Shown one piece after another: positions 9,456-20,153 of a stretch of 64,000 bases of DNA. The notes under the pieces are model-generated. The model worked only from the letters and a program-made list of their open reading frames with translations, did not search any database and was not told the origin of the DNA. Source of the DNA: a virus. The stretch is taken from IMG/VR virus record IMGVR_UViG_3300047089_000244, positions 105,967 to 169,966 of that record; one strand, written 5' to 3'. The position numbers were made by a program, and so were the translations under genes. Position 1 is the stretch's first letter; each line of letters starts with the position of its first letter.

Positions 9456-9823
9456 ATCCCCCGTCGAGTTTCCCAGCCCTTCTTGGCTCGTCTACTGCGC
9501 TCCTCTGCTGAGGCTGAGAAGTTGTCTTGCACGCGCTTTCGTTGCTCCTCGGGAGTGAGATTGGCCATGCGCGCTCTGACTGCCTTTGTCTTACGTCGGC
9601 GACCAAGCTCTTGGTTCGCCTCAAGCTGCTCCTTGTGCTGAAGGCGAAAATCGCTAGCAGCAACCCCCGCATCATGGACATCATCGAAGTACCCAAGGAA
9701 GACATGTTTCCTTTCAATGTTGACTTGGGCGCGCCATTGACCATAACGCGGATACCAGCTAACGCCGCGATAGCCAGATCGATTTAGACGCGACAAGCGC
9801 GTTGAGAGAGCTACGGCTGCCAT
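9446..9823 (-). CDS. AP2-domain DNA-binding protein
   Basis: NRSGYRGVSW...WRAQV......LGYF....DA motif. Confidence 0.8.
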   Translation of the reverse strand: MAAVALSTRLSRLNRSGYRGVSWYPRYGQWRAQVNIERKHVFLGYFDDVHDAGVAASDFRLQHKEQLEANQELGRRRKTKAVRARMANLTPEEQRKRVQDNFSASAEERSRRAKKGWETRRGICL

Positions 9824-9825
9824 GA

Positions 9826-10155
9826 CTAGGCACCGGCCTTAGTTGCTTTCTGGATCGCAGACTCACCCTGCCGTTTGGTCCAATGCGTCGCCTTCGTTGC
9901 ATAGGATTGGGCTGACTCCTTGAGGAGATGTTTGCCTGCGGCCTCACGAGTGGGAAACATCTCCTTTGAAGATTGCCGCCATCCTCCGGCATCACCGTGA
10001 GCCTTCCAGAAGCGTTTAGTCACACGCTTGCCCGTAGCCATATCAATGGAGACATACTCGTGCTTCTCGACTATGCCACAGAAGTTATCATCGCTCTTGT
10101 TCTTGAGCACTTGATATCGGTTCCGGCCTATCTCACGAAAGTGCATGTTCAACAT
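9826..10155 (-). CDS. Hypothetical protein
   Basis: ORF in minus-strand run. Confidence 0.55.
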   Translation of the reverse strand: MLNMHFREIGRNRYQVLKNKSDDNFCGIVEKHEYVSIDMATGKRVTKRFWKAHGDAGGWRQSSKEMFPTREAAGKHLLKESAQSYATKATHWTKRQGESAIQKATKAGA

Positions 10156-10481
10156 CTCCCAGGGTCATGTCTATGTACACCTGGCTCAGCCTCGTCAGCT
10201 ACGCCAAACGTCGATTGCGGCCAATTGCCTCGGGATTGCTTACCCCAAGGGACGCGCGCCCATTTGCCGCTCTTTACATCAAGAGCAAGAAGAGGATGCT
10301 CCTCATCAATCCGCAATTTTTCAAAGATACGTAAGCAAACATGAGCCTCCTCTAGGCGGCCCTCTATGTAGCCCGCTTTCCAGCGCTGCTGCCAAGGCAT
10401 ATCGGAGTCGCCGTGAGCCTTGAATTCCTCAGTCAATAGGTTGATGCGATCTTGAAGCGCCTCTTTGATAGCGATAATCAT
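10149..10481 (-). CDS. Hypothetical protein
   Basis: Coupled ORF. Confidence 0.55.
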   Translation of the reverse strand: MIIAIKEALQDRINLLTEEFKAHGDSDMPWQQRWKAGYIEGRLEEAHVCLRIFEKLRIDEEHPLLALDVKSGKWARVPWGKQSRGNWPQSTFGVADEAEPGVHRHDPGRC

Positions 10482-10768
10482 CGTTCTCTCCCTGTGAGGA
10501 TATCGCTCGCTCGCCGCCTGAGGGATGGACCTTTTGGTCCCTCGGTCAATTCGGTACGCTCTTCCTCCGTGAGGCGCTCAATGTCCTTGCGAATGGCTTT
10601 GAGCGAGATTGCTGTTTTGGTCTGAAGCTCTTCCAACATATCGCGCCGCTTGTAGCAGAACTCAATGTGTTCATTACGCCCCTGGCGCGGTAGAGGTATA
10701 CCCCCACCCTCTGTATCCGGTAGGTTCTCGATCTCGCGCAGAGCTACTGCGAACTCGTGCATATCCAT
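10478..10768 (-). CDS. Hypothetical protein
   Basis: Coupled ORF. Confidence 0.55.
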   Translation of the reverse strand: MDMHEFAVALREIENLPDTEGGGIPLPRQGRNEHIEFCYKRRDMLEELQTKTAISLKAIRKDIERLTEEERTELTEGPKGPSLRRRASDILTGRER

Positions 10769-10967
10769 TATGGACTCACCTGCGTCAGCATCGCCAGTAC
10801 ATGATCAATCTCATCCGCGCGTGCAGCGGGGCAAGTATTCCCCAACTCGTCCGGGATGGCCTTCTCATAGCGATAATTGAGATAGTATTTTCGCTGACTC
10901 AAAAACGAAATCGCTTGTTCAAGCGTAGTCGCCTCAGCCATCTTATCTGACCATACCCCAATGAAGG

Positions 10968-11231
10968 TCATGCAATCGCCTCCATATGTATCCATGAAGG
11001 CATCTCTCCGAAATCGCGCTCATACTGCTGGCGATGCTCAAGAGTCGCCCGAAGCCAGTCCGCAGCATCGTACAAGCCGAAGCGCGTAGCAAGGACATGC
11101 AGGTCTCTCAACTGATTGTCCAAGCTCTCTTGCGACTGGTTCGCCGCTACACCGCGACTTACGCGATCGGCATCTATTTGCAAGCAGATTCCGCCACCGC
11201 TCTCTTTTGAACGATATCGCATGTCATACAC
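10968..11231 (-). CDS. Hypothetical protein
   Basis: ORF in minus-strand run. Confidence 0.5.
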   Translation of the reverse strand: MYDMRYRSKESGGGICLQIDADRVSRGVAANQSQESLDNQLRDLHVLATRFGLYDAADWLRATLEHRQQYERDFGEMPSWIHMEAIA

Positions 11232-11589
11232 CTTGGGCGCTTGCAGTTAGGGAATAACGCTTATCCTCACTCTTTTCGGCCACGCCACGCGCAACGAGGG
11301 TTTTGAGATCAATGTGGACAGCCGATGAAGCGCGCCCTAAAGCGAAAGCAATGTCAGTCGCTCTCTGTCCTGGATGGGCAGCCACGTACTCCAAAACTGC
11401 TTGTCGCATAGTGGGTGCCCTCAATGTCATTGGCGTATCGCTAGCGCTCGACAAATGGTTCCTGGCACCAATCAACTTAGAACGCTCGGCTCGCAACGGC
11501 GAAAGCTTAGCTTCTAAAGGCTCCATTTCCCTGGACAACGTATCGAGCTTCGAGTTGATCTGCTTAATGAGATACGCATGCGACTTCAT
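11224..11589 (-). CDS. Coiled-coil plus winged-HTH protein
   Basis: VLEYVAAHPGQRATDIAFALGRASSAVHIDLKTLVARG wHTH pattern; GGAGG RBS. Confidence 0.7.
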   Translation of the reverse strand: MKSHAYLIKQINSKLDTLSREMEPLEAKLSPLRAERSKLIGARNHLSSASDTPMTLRAPTMRQAVLEYVAAHPGQRATDIAFALGRASSAVHIDLKTLVARGVAEKSEDKRYSLTASAQGV

Positions 11590-11629
11590 TCTTGTCCTCC
11601 AATGCTCGGTAGGGTACTCATGGATCGAT

Positions 11630-11658
11630 AGTGTAGCCTATCGAGCAACAGAAGTCAA
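11630..11658 (-). promoter_or_regulatory. SigA-type promoter
   Basis: TTGACT-N17-TACACT. Confidence 0.65.
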
Positions 11659-11788
11659 GAGCGTTAGAAGATCACTTCAAAGAGCCCGATGAACGCTAAG
11701 CAGACGAGCGTCTCAATGGCGAAGAGACGCACGCCTTCCTGCCATGTAGGCTGGGGGTTCCAGGAGTTCCAAAGCGCAATCAATCGCT

Positions 11789-13045
11789 TCATCGTCGTCT
11801 CACCGCCGGTCCCGCTGGTGGGACATCAGGGCGTAGTATAAGATCATTTGGCCAAAACCATCCGGTGACTCCATGTGGTTCCATTCTACCAGCTTCGGCT
11901 TGCGGACCGGCGAAGTAGACATTCACGAGCCCCATAGGATCGGTGCCAAGAACCTCGCCGAGGCTATTTGCAGGGATTTCCTTGGTGTCGCCTGCGTTGA
12001 GACCAACTGTCTGTCCGTGGTCTGCTCGCTTCAACTGGACCATATCGCCGTTACGGAACTGTTCCGTAGCAACACGCGAGAATGTACCGCCGGGGTTCTG
12101 CATGGGATTGAGAGGCGTCTGTGGCTTCTGTCCCGGCACCGAAACAGGATTGATGGCTGGCTGGAGAGAAGGGTCGTGTGGATATTGAGGAATCAAGCTC
12201 TGTGGTTCGGGCGCTTGACCAGGGACCGTTCCGGCAGGTTCAGGCGGGGGTGCGGTTTGATTAGGTAGTCCAGGCTTCTGTGGTCCCGGTGTACCGGCTG
12301 GTGACACCATTCCTGTACCGCCTCCCGGTACCTGCTCCATGCCCGGAGTAGGTCCCGCAGGCTGTGGAACTCCTTCTGGTGGCGCTGGAGCGCCTTCTCC
12401 GCCACCTGGTTGTGGTTCCTGCGGACCTTCAGCACCAGGTCCTATTTCTTCATCAAGCGGCGTACCCAAAGACTGCCAGTACGTAGCAAGGACGTGTGAG
12501 CATACGCGACCCTCAAGCCGCTTCCATTGGCGCGTTCGTTGCCACGCGAACTGATCCCACTTGCATTCGCATGACCACGTTGCAATAGCCTGCGAATTCG
12601 GATCGTTACGCTGGACTTCCGTGTTGTAGGTACCATGATCTCCTTCGACTACACCTGTGACGATTTCACGCGAGTTACGAGTGATCTTAACCTTCCCCGT
12701 TTTGATCAGACGTGTAGCCTTGGCCTGAATGTCCGGCCAGCCCGCTTCCTTGATCAAAGCCTCATCGGCATAATCCCAGTCAAGTGAATAAGAAGCTGGC
12801 TTAATACCGTGACCCTCTAACTGATTAGCAATGATCACATAGGCATAACGACGATCAAGTGGAGTGCCACCAGAAGCGAAGATGTGCGCGGTACCTGGGA
12901 CAGTGGGAAACCAACCAGCCTGCACAGCACCAAGACGCATCGTGCGCTCAGGGAGCTTTGGGGGTTCACAGGCTAATGCAACTCGACAGTAATCCTCGAA
13001 CCATGCCTCAGAGCTTTGTGTTGCAATAACGTTAGACCAATCCAT
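11789..13045 (-). CDS. SWIM-type Zn-finger protein with Pro-rich linker
   Basis: WSCECKW...RVCSHVLA; start reassigned to MDWSN. Confidence 0.7.
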   Translation of the reverse strand: MDWSNVIATQSSEAWFEDYCRVALACEPPKLPERTMRLGAVQAGWFPTVPGTAHIFASGGTPLDRRYAYVIIANQLEGHGIKPASYSLDWDYADEALIKEAGWPDIQAKATRLIKTGKVKITRNSREIVTGVVEGDHGTYNTEVQRNDPNSQAIATWSCECKWDQFAWQRTRQWKRLEGRVCSHVLATYWQSLGTPLDEEIGPGAEGPQEPQPGGGEGAPAPPEGVPQPAGPTPGMEQVPGGGTGMVSPAGTPGPQKPGLPNQTAPPPEPAGTVPGQAPEPQSLIPQYPHDPSLQPAINPVSVPGQKPQTPLNPMQNPGGTFSRVATEQFRNGDMVQLKRADHGQTVGLNAGDTKEIPANSLGEVLGTDPMGLVNVYFAGPQAEAGRMEPHGVTGWFWPNDLILRPDVPPAGPAVRRR

Positions 13046-13085
13046 TCTACCCATTATGACATAGATGGATGTCTGATCTACGTTT

Positions 13086-13400
13086 CTAGGCGTGATGCTT
13101 ATGGAGGCGATGGTGATGGTGCTTCTTAATCTTACGATGATGCTTAGGAGGATTAGAAGGCGTAATGGGAGTTGCAATTAGCACCGTAGGACCTTTTGTT
13201 TCGTCCGTTTCGTCAATTACTTCACTTTCTGGCGGTATCACGGTCACTTCGTTAGTCGTCCATTCTTCCATCACCGCGCACCCTTCGAGGCCACAGACTT
13301 CCTTAACGACAATTGGAGACGTTTCTTCTGCGTGCGCCGATGTAGCACCGAGAAGCAAGATGATAAGAGCAATACAAAAATAGAAGTACAAACGGGTCAT
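13086..13400 (-). CDS. Secreted protein with His/Lys-rich tail
   Basis: Signal peptide A-H-A; tail KHHRKIKKHHHHRLHKHHA. Confidence 0.65.
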   Translation of the reverse strand: MTRLYFYFCIALIILLLGATSAHAEETSPIVVKEVCGLEGCAVMEEWTTNEVTVIPPESEVIDETDETKGPTVLIATPITPSNPPKHHRKIKKHHHHRLHKHHA

Positions 13401-13595
13401 AGCTACCTTTCGTCGTCTTCTTCGAGGAGACGTAGAATCAAATCCTGACGCTCTTGCTCAGTGATCTGCTCCAACTCATCAGCGCGACGCGATGTCGTGC
13501 TGCGCCGATTGGGTCCTTCATACGGCAGTTGGACTTGACGATGCTCGCCGAGACGCTTGTCGTCACGGGTTGTTGCGTAGGTCATACTCTGTATT

Positions 13596-15284
13596 CTACA
13601 CTATGGGCTGTTCGTAGTCAAGGCCACGAACAGGGACTTCATCGTTGATCTGGCTATCCCACATAGCTTGTTGATGACCATCCCAAGCTCGTTGGTGAGC
13701 AGTGTCGTAGTCATCATGGCCTTCGGTCACGTCAAGGATCACCTGGTCGCCTTGAATCCACGAGCCCACGAACTTCTCAGGGTCCCGTAGACGATCAGCG
13801 AAGCGCTGGATAAAGGCTTCTACATCGGCTCTTTTAAAGTTATTCAACGAGAACGCCGTCTGGGTTGCAAGATCAGGAGCGAAGCCATAACGCGCATGCG
13901 GAGGTTCGCCATGAAGATTGATCGTACCCCCTGTTCCCTCGATAGCCGCCTCATAGATCCGCTGGGCCACTTGACCTACATCGATCTTGGCTTGGAAGTT
14001 CCAACGTGTATCTGGGGCATCAGCGGGTTGGATCGTAGGTGGCTCACCTATGTAACTTACCTTTGGGTCCTCGATAGCCCACTCTGGATGCAGCATGTCT
14101 CTCGGGTTTGTGAATTTGGTTCCAGGTATCGCGCGCCGTAATGCCTCCTCCGTTTTATACCCTTCATGATAACTGTGACCACCATAAGCCTCTGCGTAGC
14201 CATTCGCTCCTATAGTACCCCAAGTTGTATTTGGAGGTAGGCCTTCGCCCCATATCGGATGATATCTAAGTTGATCATGCGTAGCCTTCTCACCCTCTTC
14301 GCGCCCCATCTCGCCAAGCAAAAGATGATTGGCTGCCGGATCATATACGAACTTAGCTATCTGTCGATCATAAGGAGCGGCGGTCCTGCTCAGGGTGCCA
14401 CGCGTCTCCTTCTGGTAACTATCACAGAGTTGGTCAGCCCTTACTCCATATTCGCCATACCCCCAACACTTGCCGCGACCACCTTTGTTCTTATGATACA
14501 TCTTACAAGACAAACAGTTCTTGGTGGGTGAACCTTGACGCAGACGAGGAGGCTTAACCGGCGCGCCCGCTATCTTAGCTATATACTCACCGCTAGCCTG
14601 ACTGATCTCTGGGAAGAGTCCTCGATTGGCAAGCATCTTGTAAATAATATTGGACTCAGAGAAGTCCCCCTTTCCCTTCACCATGTCGCGCTGGCGCTTC
14701 TTGTGAATCGAATGCCAGAAGGCGATAGCCTGCTCAGGCTCGTACTTTAGTAACCTTTCCATCTTGTCAGCCATCTGTAATCCCCACGCATAGAAGCCAC
14801 CCTGCTCCTTCTGCACATCATGAACGCGACCTCGCTCAGGTGGCACGATCCATTTGTTGTTGTCGAGATTATACCCGGAGCGTAGTCCTGGCTTGTAGAG
14901 ATCACTTGGCTTGATCCCCTCACCGACTACAAAATCCTGAAGAGGGTGCGGGGTACCAGGGAGTAATACGCCATCGAGCTTCTCTACCATGAGAGCAATC
15001 ATCTCCGCGCGTGACCACTCCGGGAAGATCCTGGTATCCACAAAGAGGCTGATATCTACGTCACTGTCGTCGCTGTACTGATAAGTCGTGAGAGAGCCCG
15101 TAAGGACGAGCGTCAACCACTTCTCAACGTCCGTGTAGCCACCGTCTTCGAGAGTCTTGTAGACATGACTCTTGATCCAATGTGCATGAATAGGCTTGAG
15201 GATGGGCTTGTCTGCCGCAGGGTTGTCCCACACACGCGCATCAAGTTCAGCGTGTATAGGGTCTAAGATATTACCGAGTCGCAT
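13596..15284 (-). CDS. Pol-beta superfamily nucleotidyltransferase with three appended modules
   Basis: VLTGS.......DSDVD motif; followed by a CxxC...C...C module and two unknown domains. Confidence 0.8.
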   Translation of the reverse strand: MRLGNILDPIHAELDARVWDNPAADKPILKPIHAHWIKSHVYKTLEDGGYTDVEKWLTLVLTGSLTTYQYSDDSDVDISLFVDTRIFPEWSRAEMIALMVEKLDGVLLPGTPHPLQDFVVGEGIKPSDLYKPGLRSGYNLDNNKWIVPPERGRVHDVQKEQGGFYAWGLQMADKMERLLKYEPEQAIAFWHSIHKKRQRDMVKGKGDFSESNIIYKMLANRGLFPEISQASGEYIAKIAGAPVKPPRLRQGSPTKNCLSCKMYHKNKGGRGKCWGYGEYGVRADQLCDSYQKETRGTLSRTAAPYDRQIAKFVYDPAANHLLLGEMGREEGEKATHDQLRYHPIWGEGLPPNTTWGTIGANGYAEAYGGHSYHEGYKTEEALRRAIPGTKFTNPRDMLHPEWAIEDPKVSYIGEPPTIQPADAPDTRWNFQAKIDVGQVAQRIYEAAIEGTGGTINLHGEPPHARYGFAPDLATQTAFSLNNFKRADVEAFIQRFADRLRDPEKFVGSWIQGDQVILDVTEGHDDYDTAHQRAWDGHQQAMWDSQINDEVPVRGLDYEQPIV

Positions 15285-16432
15285 TCTATCTCATTTCCTC
15301 AGGTGCCATCCATGGACTGATAAAACGATTTCTACCATCCGCATTATGCTCAACATAGAACCCCCACGCTTCTAAGGCAGCGGCAAGGGCACTCTCCGTC
15401 TCATAAGAATCTAAACAGCAAGGCCCCATCAGAGCATTATACCGAGCTTTATTTGCAGCATCGACAACATTGGAGGGTACAACGATATGAGAGGCAAAAT
15501 GTGGCATTAATCCCTATTCACTATATAGAACTCCTCTATTACCTTCCAGGAGCCAAGAGGTTCTGATTCATGGGCGTGCTGAAAGCAAAGCAATTGCTCA
15601 CGATCATCGGGATAGCAAACACAACCCTTGTCCATCACAACTCGAACAGCAGCCTCACCATCCCCAAATCTACACTGGGGAATCACTTCTTTGCACCTTC
15701 TTTATGGAGAACGATTGTTTCAGTCGGAGTCTTGATCCCAACGCAAAGTACGCGCTTCGGGAGTTTGGTGCTGGGGATCAATAATATGGATTTGGAAGAG
15801 GTCTTCAAGGGTTCCATCCTCTCGCTTGATGAAGACGCGCTTAGGGCGCTTGACTCGATTGATATACTTGACACTAGAAGGTAAGCCTAGCATTTCTCTA
15901 TCGTCACCTTGAGTTCTGCACGGCGCTCCTCAGAGGGGGGAGCCAAAAGACCAAAGTAACCATCCCGAGCCTGTAGTTCGGCATGAGTCGGTGATACAGC
16001 GCTTACCTTGAAGACGTGGATCTCGCCCGTCTTGGGGTCCTTGCAAAGAGCAATATACTCGTCAAACTTGAGGGTCGTCATGTGTTCTCAGGGTTGATTA
16101 TTGCCTCAACATCACGTATCTTCTGTTCCTGGAGGCGCGTGACGCGCTCCTCAAAATCTTTCTTGACAGCCCGTAGAAGAAAGGTGGCGTGAGCATCGCT
16201 GAGACGCTCCACATCAGCCGCCGGAATCTCATCCTCGGGGCCGAAATAGATTTGTCCGTTCTGTTCCATCACGTCTCCGAAAGTGTGCAAAGTGTGCAGT
16301 CAGGTAGGATGCCATTCTCAACGTAATCATTCCAGATCGTAAGGATTATCGTCACGTCAATGATGATTCCCTGCGTCGATAGTGTGTCTGCTCGCTGGAT
16401 GGCTAGTTCCAACATACGTAATCTATGCTTCA

Positions 16433-19400
16433 TCATACCTCCGGTTGTGCGTTGATATACTCTTGCGCTCGCTGGAGTAACGCGCTCTTCTCATTGAGAG
16501 TCGGGTCCGCCACCACATCGTTAGTTAGCTGTCGTAGGATTGTACCAACTTGTGGTCCCGGTTTCAAGCCGAGAGCCAAGAGGTCGTTCCCGTTGACGCT
16601 AATCGCCGACTGGGTGGTAGGCGCTCCGGACTGCCGAGACTGCTCCACGAGTTCGCGCATCGTATCAACAGGCGTCTTATAGGACGTATCGATTCCTTTG
16701 CCCTCGTTATCAGCCGCACGGAGCGTTAAGAGGTCATCTGCCGCCTCTCCCGTCTTGTTCAGGAACTTACGAGCCCCCTTAGCACTAGAGAATTGCGGGA
16801 ACATGTGCTGCGAGATCAAGTTGTGAATGTTGCGAATTTTGGTGACCGGATAGTTAAAGGTCTGGCGTAGGCGAGCCTCAGTCATATCCGCTCCGACTTT
16901 GGCGTGGTCGGCTCCCACTGGGACCCCTTCCAGCATGCCCGCGTAGTAGTGTGTCACGCCCGTCGCTGGGTCTATCCATGCAGAAGCGGGCTTGCCCGTA
17001 TCATGCAAGAGAGCAGCTAGGCGCAGGTCTGGATCTTTGGAAGCGCGCGAGACATTATCGAACACATTTAGGCTATGCTCACCTAGTGAATAATTATGGT
17101 GAGGGTTTTTCTGATCATAGTCGAAGTTATTCGCTAGCTCAGGGAAGAGATGTTTGAGTACGCCTGTTTCCTGAGCCAAGCGGAATGCGCCCGCTGGATT
17201 AGCGCTCGTCAGAAGCTTCTCAAGCTGTTGCTTTAGCGCATCAGGTGACTCCTGATCCAGACGGTGAGCGTACTCTTCCATCTCCTTACGCGTCTGCTCG
17301 TCCGGAACCAGTCCGTGGCGGGAGTGCATCGTGAGGGCTCGGACCAAACGTGTTGGGTCCTCATCGAATGATCCTGGGTGAGTAGTCCGTAAAGTATGGG
17401 ACTCAATGTCTCTAGCTCCTCCGTAGGGATCAAGCAATCGCCCCGACGAGTCAAGATCAACGGCCATAGAATTGGCCGTAAAGTCTCGTCGCTGTAAGTC
17501 TTTCTCGATTGGGAGATGATGATCGACTGTGATTTTTCCTTGTCCACGGGTTCCTCCTGATTCGTATGTGTCGGTGCGAGGAAGTGCGATCTCGACCTCT
17601 TGGCCTTTGGTATGATAGCGGTAGACGCCAAAGCGCTTACCCGTAAGATCCACGCGGCCCGGTAGATGCTCCAAGATGTTATTCACGTCCTCGGGCGGAA
17701 TACCCGATACCATAAGATCAATGTCCTTAGGCTCCTTCTGAAGGAGAGCATCTCGCACGGCTCCACCAACGACATAGACCTTACCGCCAGCTTCTTTAAG
17801 AGCTTGTGAGGCCGTCCAAGCAGCACCATCAGCAGCCGTAATCGAACGGATGTATGTGCCTACGTCCGCCGAAGCAACCTTGTGCTTTTCTCCTGTCTGG
17901 CTTTCCATTTCGAGGCTCGTGATCTCTAGTCCTGGGTGACTATAGTACCACAACTGCATCATGTGATATGTGGAGAACGGGATAGTAGTCGTCGTATTGA
18001 TGACCATCTTACCCTTTGGTTCGTAGTATCCCTCCACGATGCCACCTGGTGTAAACTGCCCCATGATGTCTGGAGTACGCATACCGGGGTGGCCTACCGT
18101 GATATAGTCCTTTTCGATGTCGTAGATGAAGGGGATTGGAGCCTGAAGCAAGTCCTTTCCTTCTTTGCCGCCTGCGGCCTCGAAGTGCCACCCCGCTTCG
18201 TTCCTCCATCCAGGACCAATCGGTTGTAGGTGTTCTGGAAGTTGAGAAGTTCCGTCTCTCTGTGCCTGCACGAACTCCTTAACCCGGTTCAAGTGAGATA
18301 CGTCCTCAGGAAGATCATCCTCTGTGATGTATTGGCCCCCGTGTGCGCCTATTTCTGTAGCGTGCTTGCCACGAGGGTCATAGGAGAACGAAGCATGTGG
18401 CCAATTGTTGGGATCTCTCAAAGAGAGATTCATGTCCGCCCCCATTACATGCTGACTAGAAGGATCGTAAACCATATCGTTTTGATCCTCTGATGTGCCC
18501 ATACCTCCCCAGCAATGGTGCATCATGTCCCCCTCTCTACCAACCTCATTCCAGCTAGGCAAATGTCGAATAGTCCACCCATCAGGAAATTGATGAAGAA
18601 TCTCCGTCTGCTCTGGTCCATGTACCTCTTCGAGTTTTGTCTTAAACCGTTGTTGTTGAGGAACGGTCATTCGTCCGAAGTGCCATTTGTCTGATGAAAC
18701 AAAAGCCCCCATCACAGGAATAGCCGTAGGTGTGACGTTGCGCGGTCGCAGTGGCAATGGCTCGTCTTTGTCTTCGATGGTCGGGAAGTGTCCGTCATCG
18801 ATCGGCGCAGCTTTGGGGTCCTGGTGATCCTGCGTATGCATAACGTAGGCTTTGAAATCTGGTAGCGTCTCGTTGCAATATGGGCAGGTGAGTTGACCTT
18901 GGGGCTCGCCATCAAAAGCTTTGCCCGGTTCTGCTTCTGGATCGCCCTTGTCGTATGTGGTCGGCCACTCCTTGTTCTTGATACGATCGTTCATGTCCGT
19001 GCCACCTGGGTACTCTGCAATGCGATACCCAAAGTCATCTGCCCATTCGATTAGTCCCGGCAGAGCAAACGGATTTGGAGGACGGTTGAAACTAGCTGTA
19101 CGACCTACTATCTCGATCTCATCGTGATTACCCCAGAACGGGCGACTGCTGAGCTTAAGCTTACCCTCGCGCCATCCATACCAGTATGACTTCTTGGCTC
19201 CAAAATCATCATGAATTGGTTGACCACTGCTATCTACCAAGCCACCCCACTTCCATCCAACTTGCTTGCTGTAATCCTTCATCATTTTTACTAGCCCGCG
19301 CAAGCCGATGTTGCTCTCGACACTCCAGAGAGCATCACGTCCGCGCACATTGACATACCCAACGGCCATCGGGCCGTTATGATCGGGAGCGATCTGAGCC

Positions 19401-20140
19401 TCTTCTGCCATCTGTTCGTGGTCGTCTACGGGTGAGACTTTGAACTCGCCGTTGCCGAAGATGAACTTATACTCATGCTCAACAGGTTCCTCCATCGAGA
19501 GATTGAGGTCGTCTATCACCGGGTCGTGGAAATCGCGTTGATTGAATTCCTCTTCTGCCTGCGGGCCTTCGCCAGGATACGCGTCGGAACCCGATCCACC
19601 GGAGTCGGCTTGCTTCAGAATCTTACCCTCTAGAGCGGCATTAGCACGTTCGGCAAATAACTGTGATCGCTGAGTGATGTTTGGCGACTGTTCTAGGTCT
19701 TCCCAGTCACGTTTGTCCTGTCCTGGTTGAGGATCACTCTGAATGCGGAAGTCGCGATAGAGAGGATTGGTTGCATGCGTGTAGACAATTGGGCCTGGCC
19801 TATGGCGCATCTGTTCAGGCTCATACTCATAGGGCTCATCCTCCGCGTCTTGTGGGCGCGGCGTACCTTTGACAGGAGTGAAAGCATACTGGTCGCCTGT
19901 GAGATCCACGACGTAATTCCTATCTGGGCTCACCCAGAAGAAGTGACCTTCCTTCTGGCCAATATGTCCGCCGCCGAGCTTGCTCTGAAGCCACTTAGAT
20001 GTAACGTAACAATGTCCAGCGCTCGGCTGTGGATGACCGCGAGAGTCCTCGGGGCGTGTCTCATCTGACCATGCGTGTTCTGCTGCGCGGCGTAGCTCGT
20101 GCAGTTTCTCTTGTGTGATCGTGTCTGGATCAAATCCCAT
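16433..20140 (-). CDS. cca: Multi-module protein ending in a class II CCA-adding enzyme (tRNA nucleotidyltransferase plus HD)
   Basis: VYVVGGAVRDALL...DIDL, DLQRRDFTANSMA, DPYGG, F.EDPTRLVRA, ALLHDTGKP. About 755 aa of N-terminal modules: YunG-like, C2H2 Zn finger, PcfJ-like. Confidence 0.9.
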   Translation of the reverse strand: MGFDPDTITQEKLHELRRAAEHAWSDETRPEDSRGHPQPSAGHCYVTSKWLQSKLGGGHIGQKEGHFFWVSPDRNYVVDLTGDQYAFTPVKGTPRPQDAEDEPYEYEPEQMRHRPGPIVYTHATNPLYRDFRIQSDPQPGQDKRDWEDLEQSPNITQRSQLFAERANAALEGKILKQADSGGSGSDAYPGEGPQAEEEFNQRDFHDPVIDDLNLSMEEPVEHEYKFIFGNGEFKVSPVDDHEQMAEEAQIAPDHNGPMAVGYVNVRGRDALWSVESNIGLRGLVKMMKDYSKQVGWKWGGLVDSSGQPIHDDFGAKKSYWYGWREGKLKLSSRPFWGNHDEIEIVGRTASFNRPPNPFALPGLIEWADDFGYRIAEYPGGTDMNDRIKNKEWPTTYDKGDPEAEPGKAFDGEPQGQLTCPYCNETLPDFKAYVMHTQDHQDPKAAPIDDGHFPTIEDKDEPLPLRPRNVTPTAIPVMGAFVSSDKWHFGRMTVPQQQRFKTKLEEVHGPEQTEILHQFPDGWTIRHLPSWNEVGREGDMMHHCWGGMGTSEDQNDMVYDPSSQHVMGADMNLSLRDPNNWPHASFSYDPRGKHATEIGAHGGQYITEDDLPEDVSHLNRVKEFVQAQRDGTSQLPEHLQPIGPGWRNEAGWHFEAAGGKEGKDLLQAPIPFIYDIEKDYITVGHPGMRTPDIMGQFTPGGIVEGYYEPKGKMVINTTTTIPFSTYHMMQLWYYSHPGLEITSLEMESQTGEKHKVASADVGTYIRSITAADGAAWTASQALKEAGGKVYVVGGAVRDALLQKEPKDIDLMVSGIPPEDVNNILEHLPGRVDLTGKRFGVYRYHTKGQEVEIALPRTDTYESGGTRGQGKITVDHHLPIEKDLQRRDFTANSMAVDLDSSGRLLDPYGGARDIESHTLRTTHPGSFDEDPTRLVRALTMHSRHGLVPDEQTRKEMEEYAHRLDQESPDALKQQLEKLLTSANPAGAFRLAQETGVLKHLFPELANNFDYDQKNPHHNYSLGEHSLNVFDNVSRASKDPDLRLAALLHDTGKPASAWIDPATGVTHYYAGMLEGVPVGADHAKVGADMTEARLRQTFNYPVTKIRNIHNLISQHMFPQFSSAKGARKFLNKTGEAADDLLTLRAADNEGKGIDTSYKTPVDTMRELVEQSRQSGAPTTQSAISVNGNDLLALGLKPGPQVGTILRQLTNDVVADPTLNEKSALLQRAQEYINAQPEV

Positions 20141-20153
20141 CGCTTATTACTAC

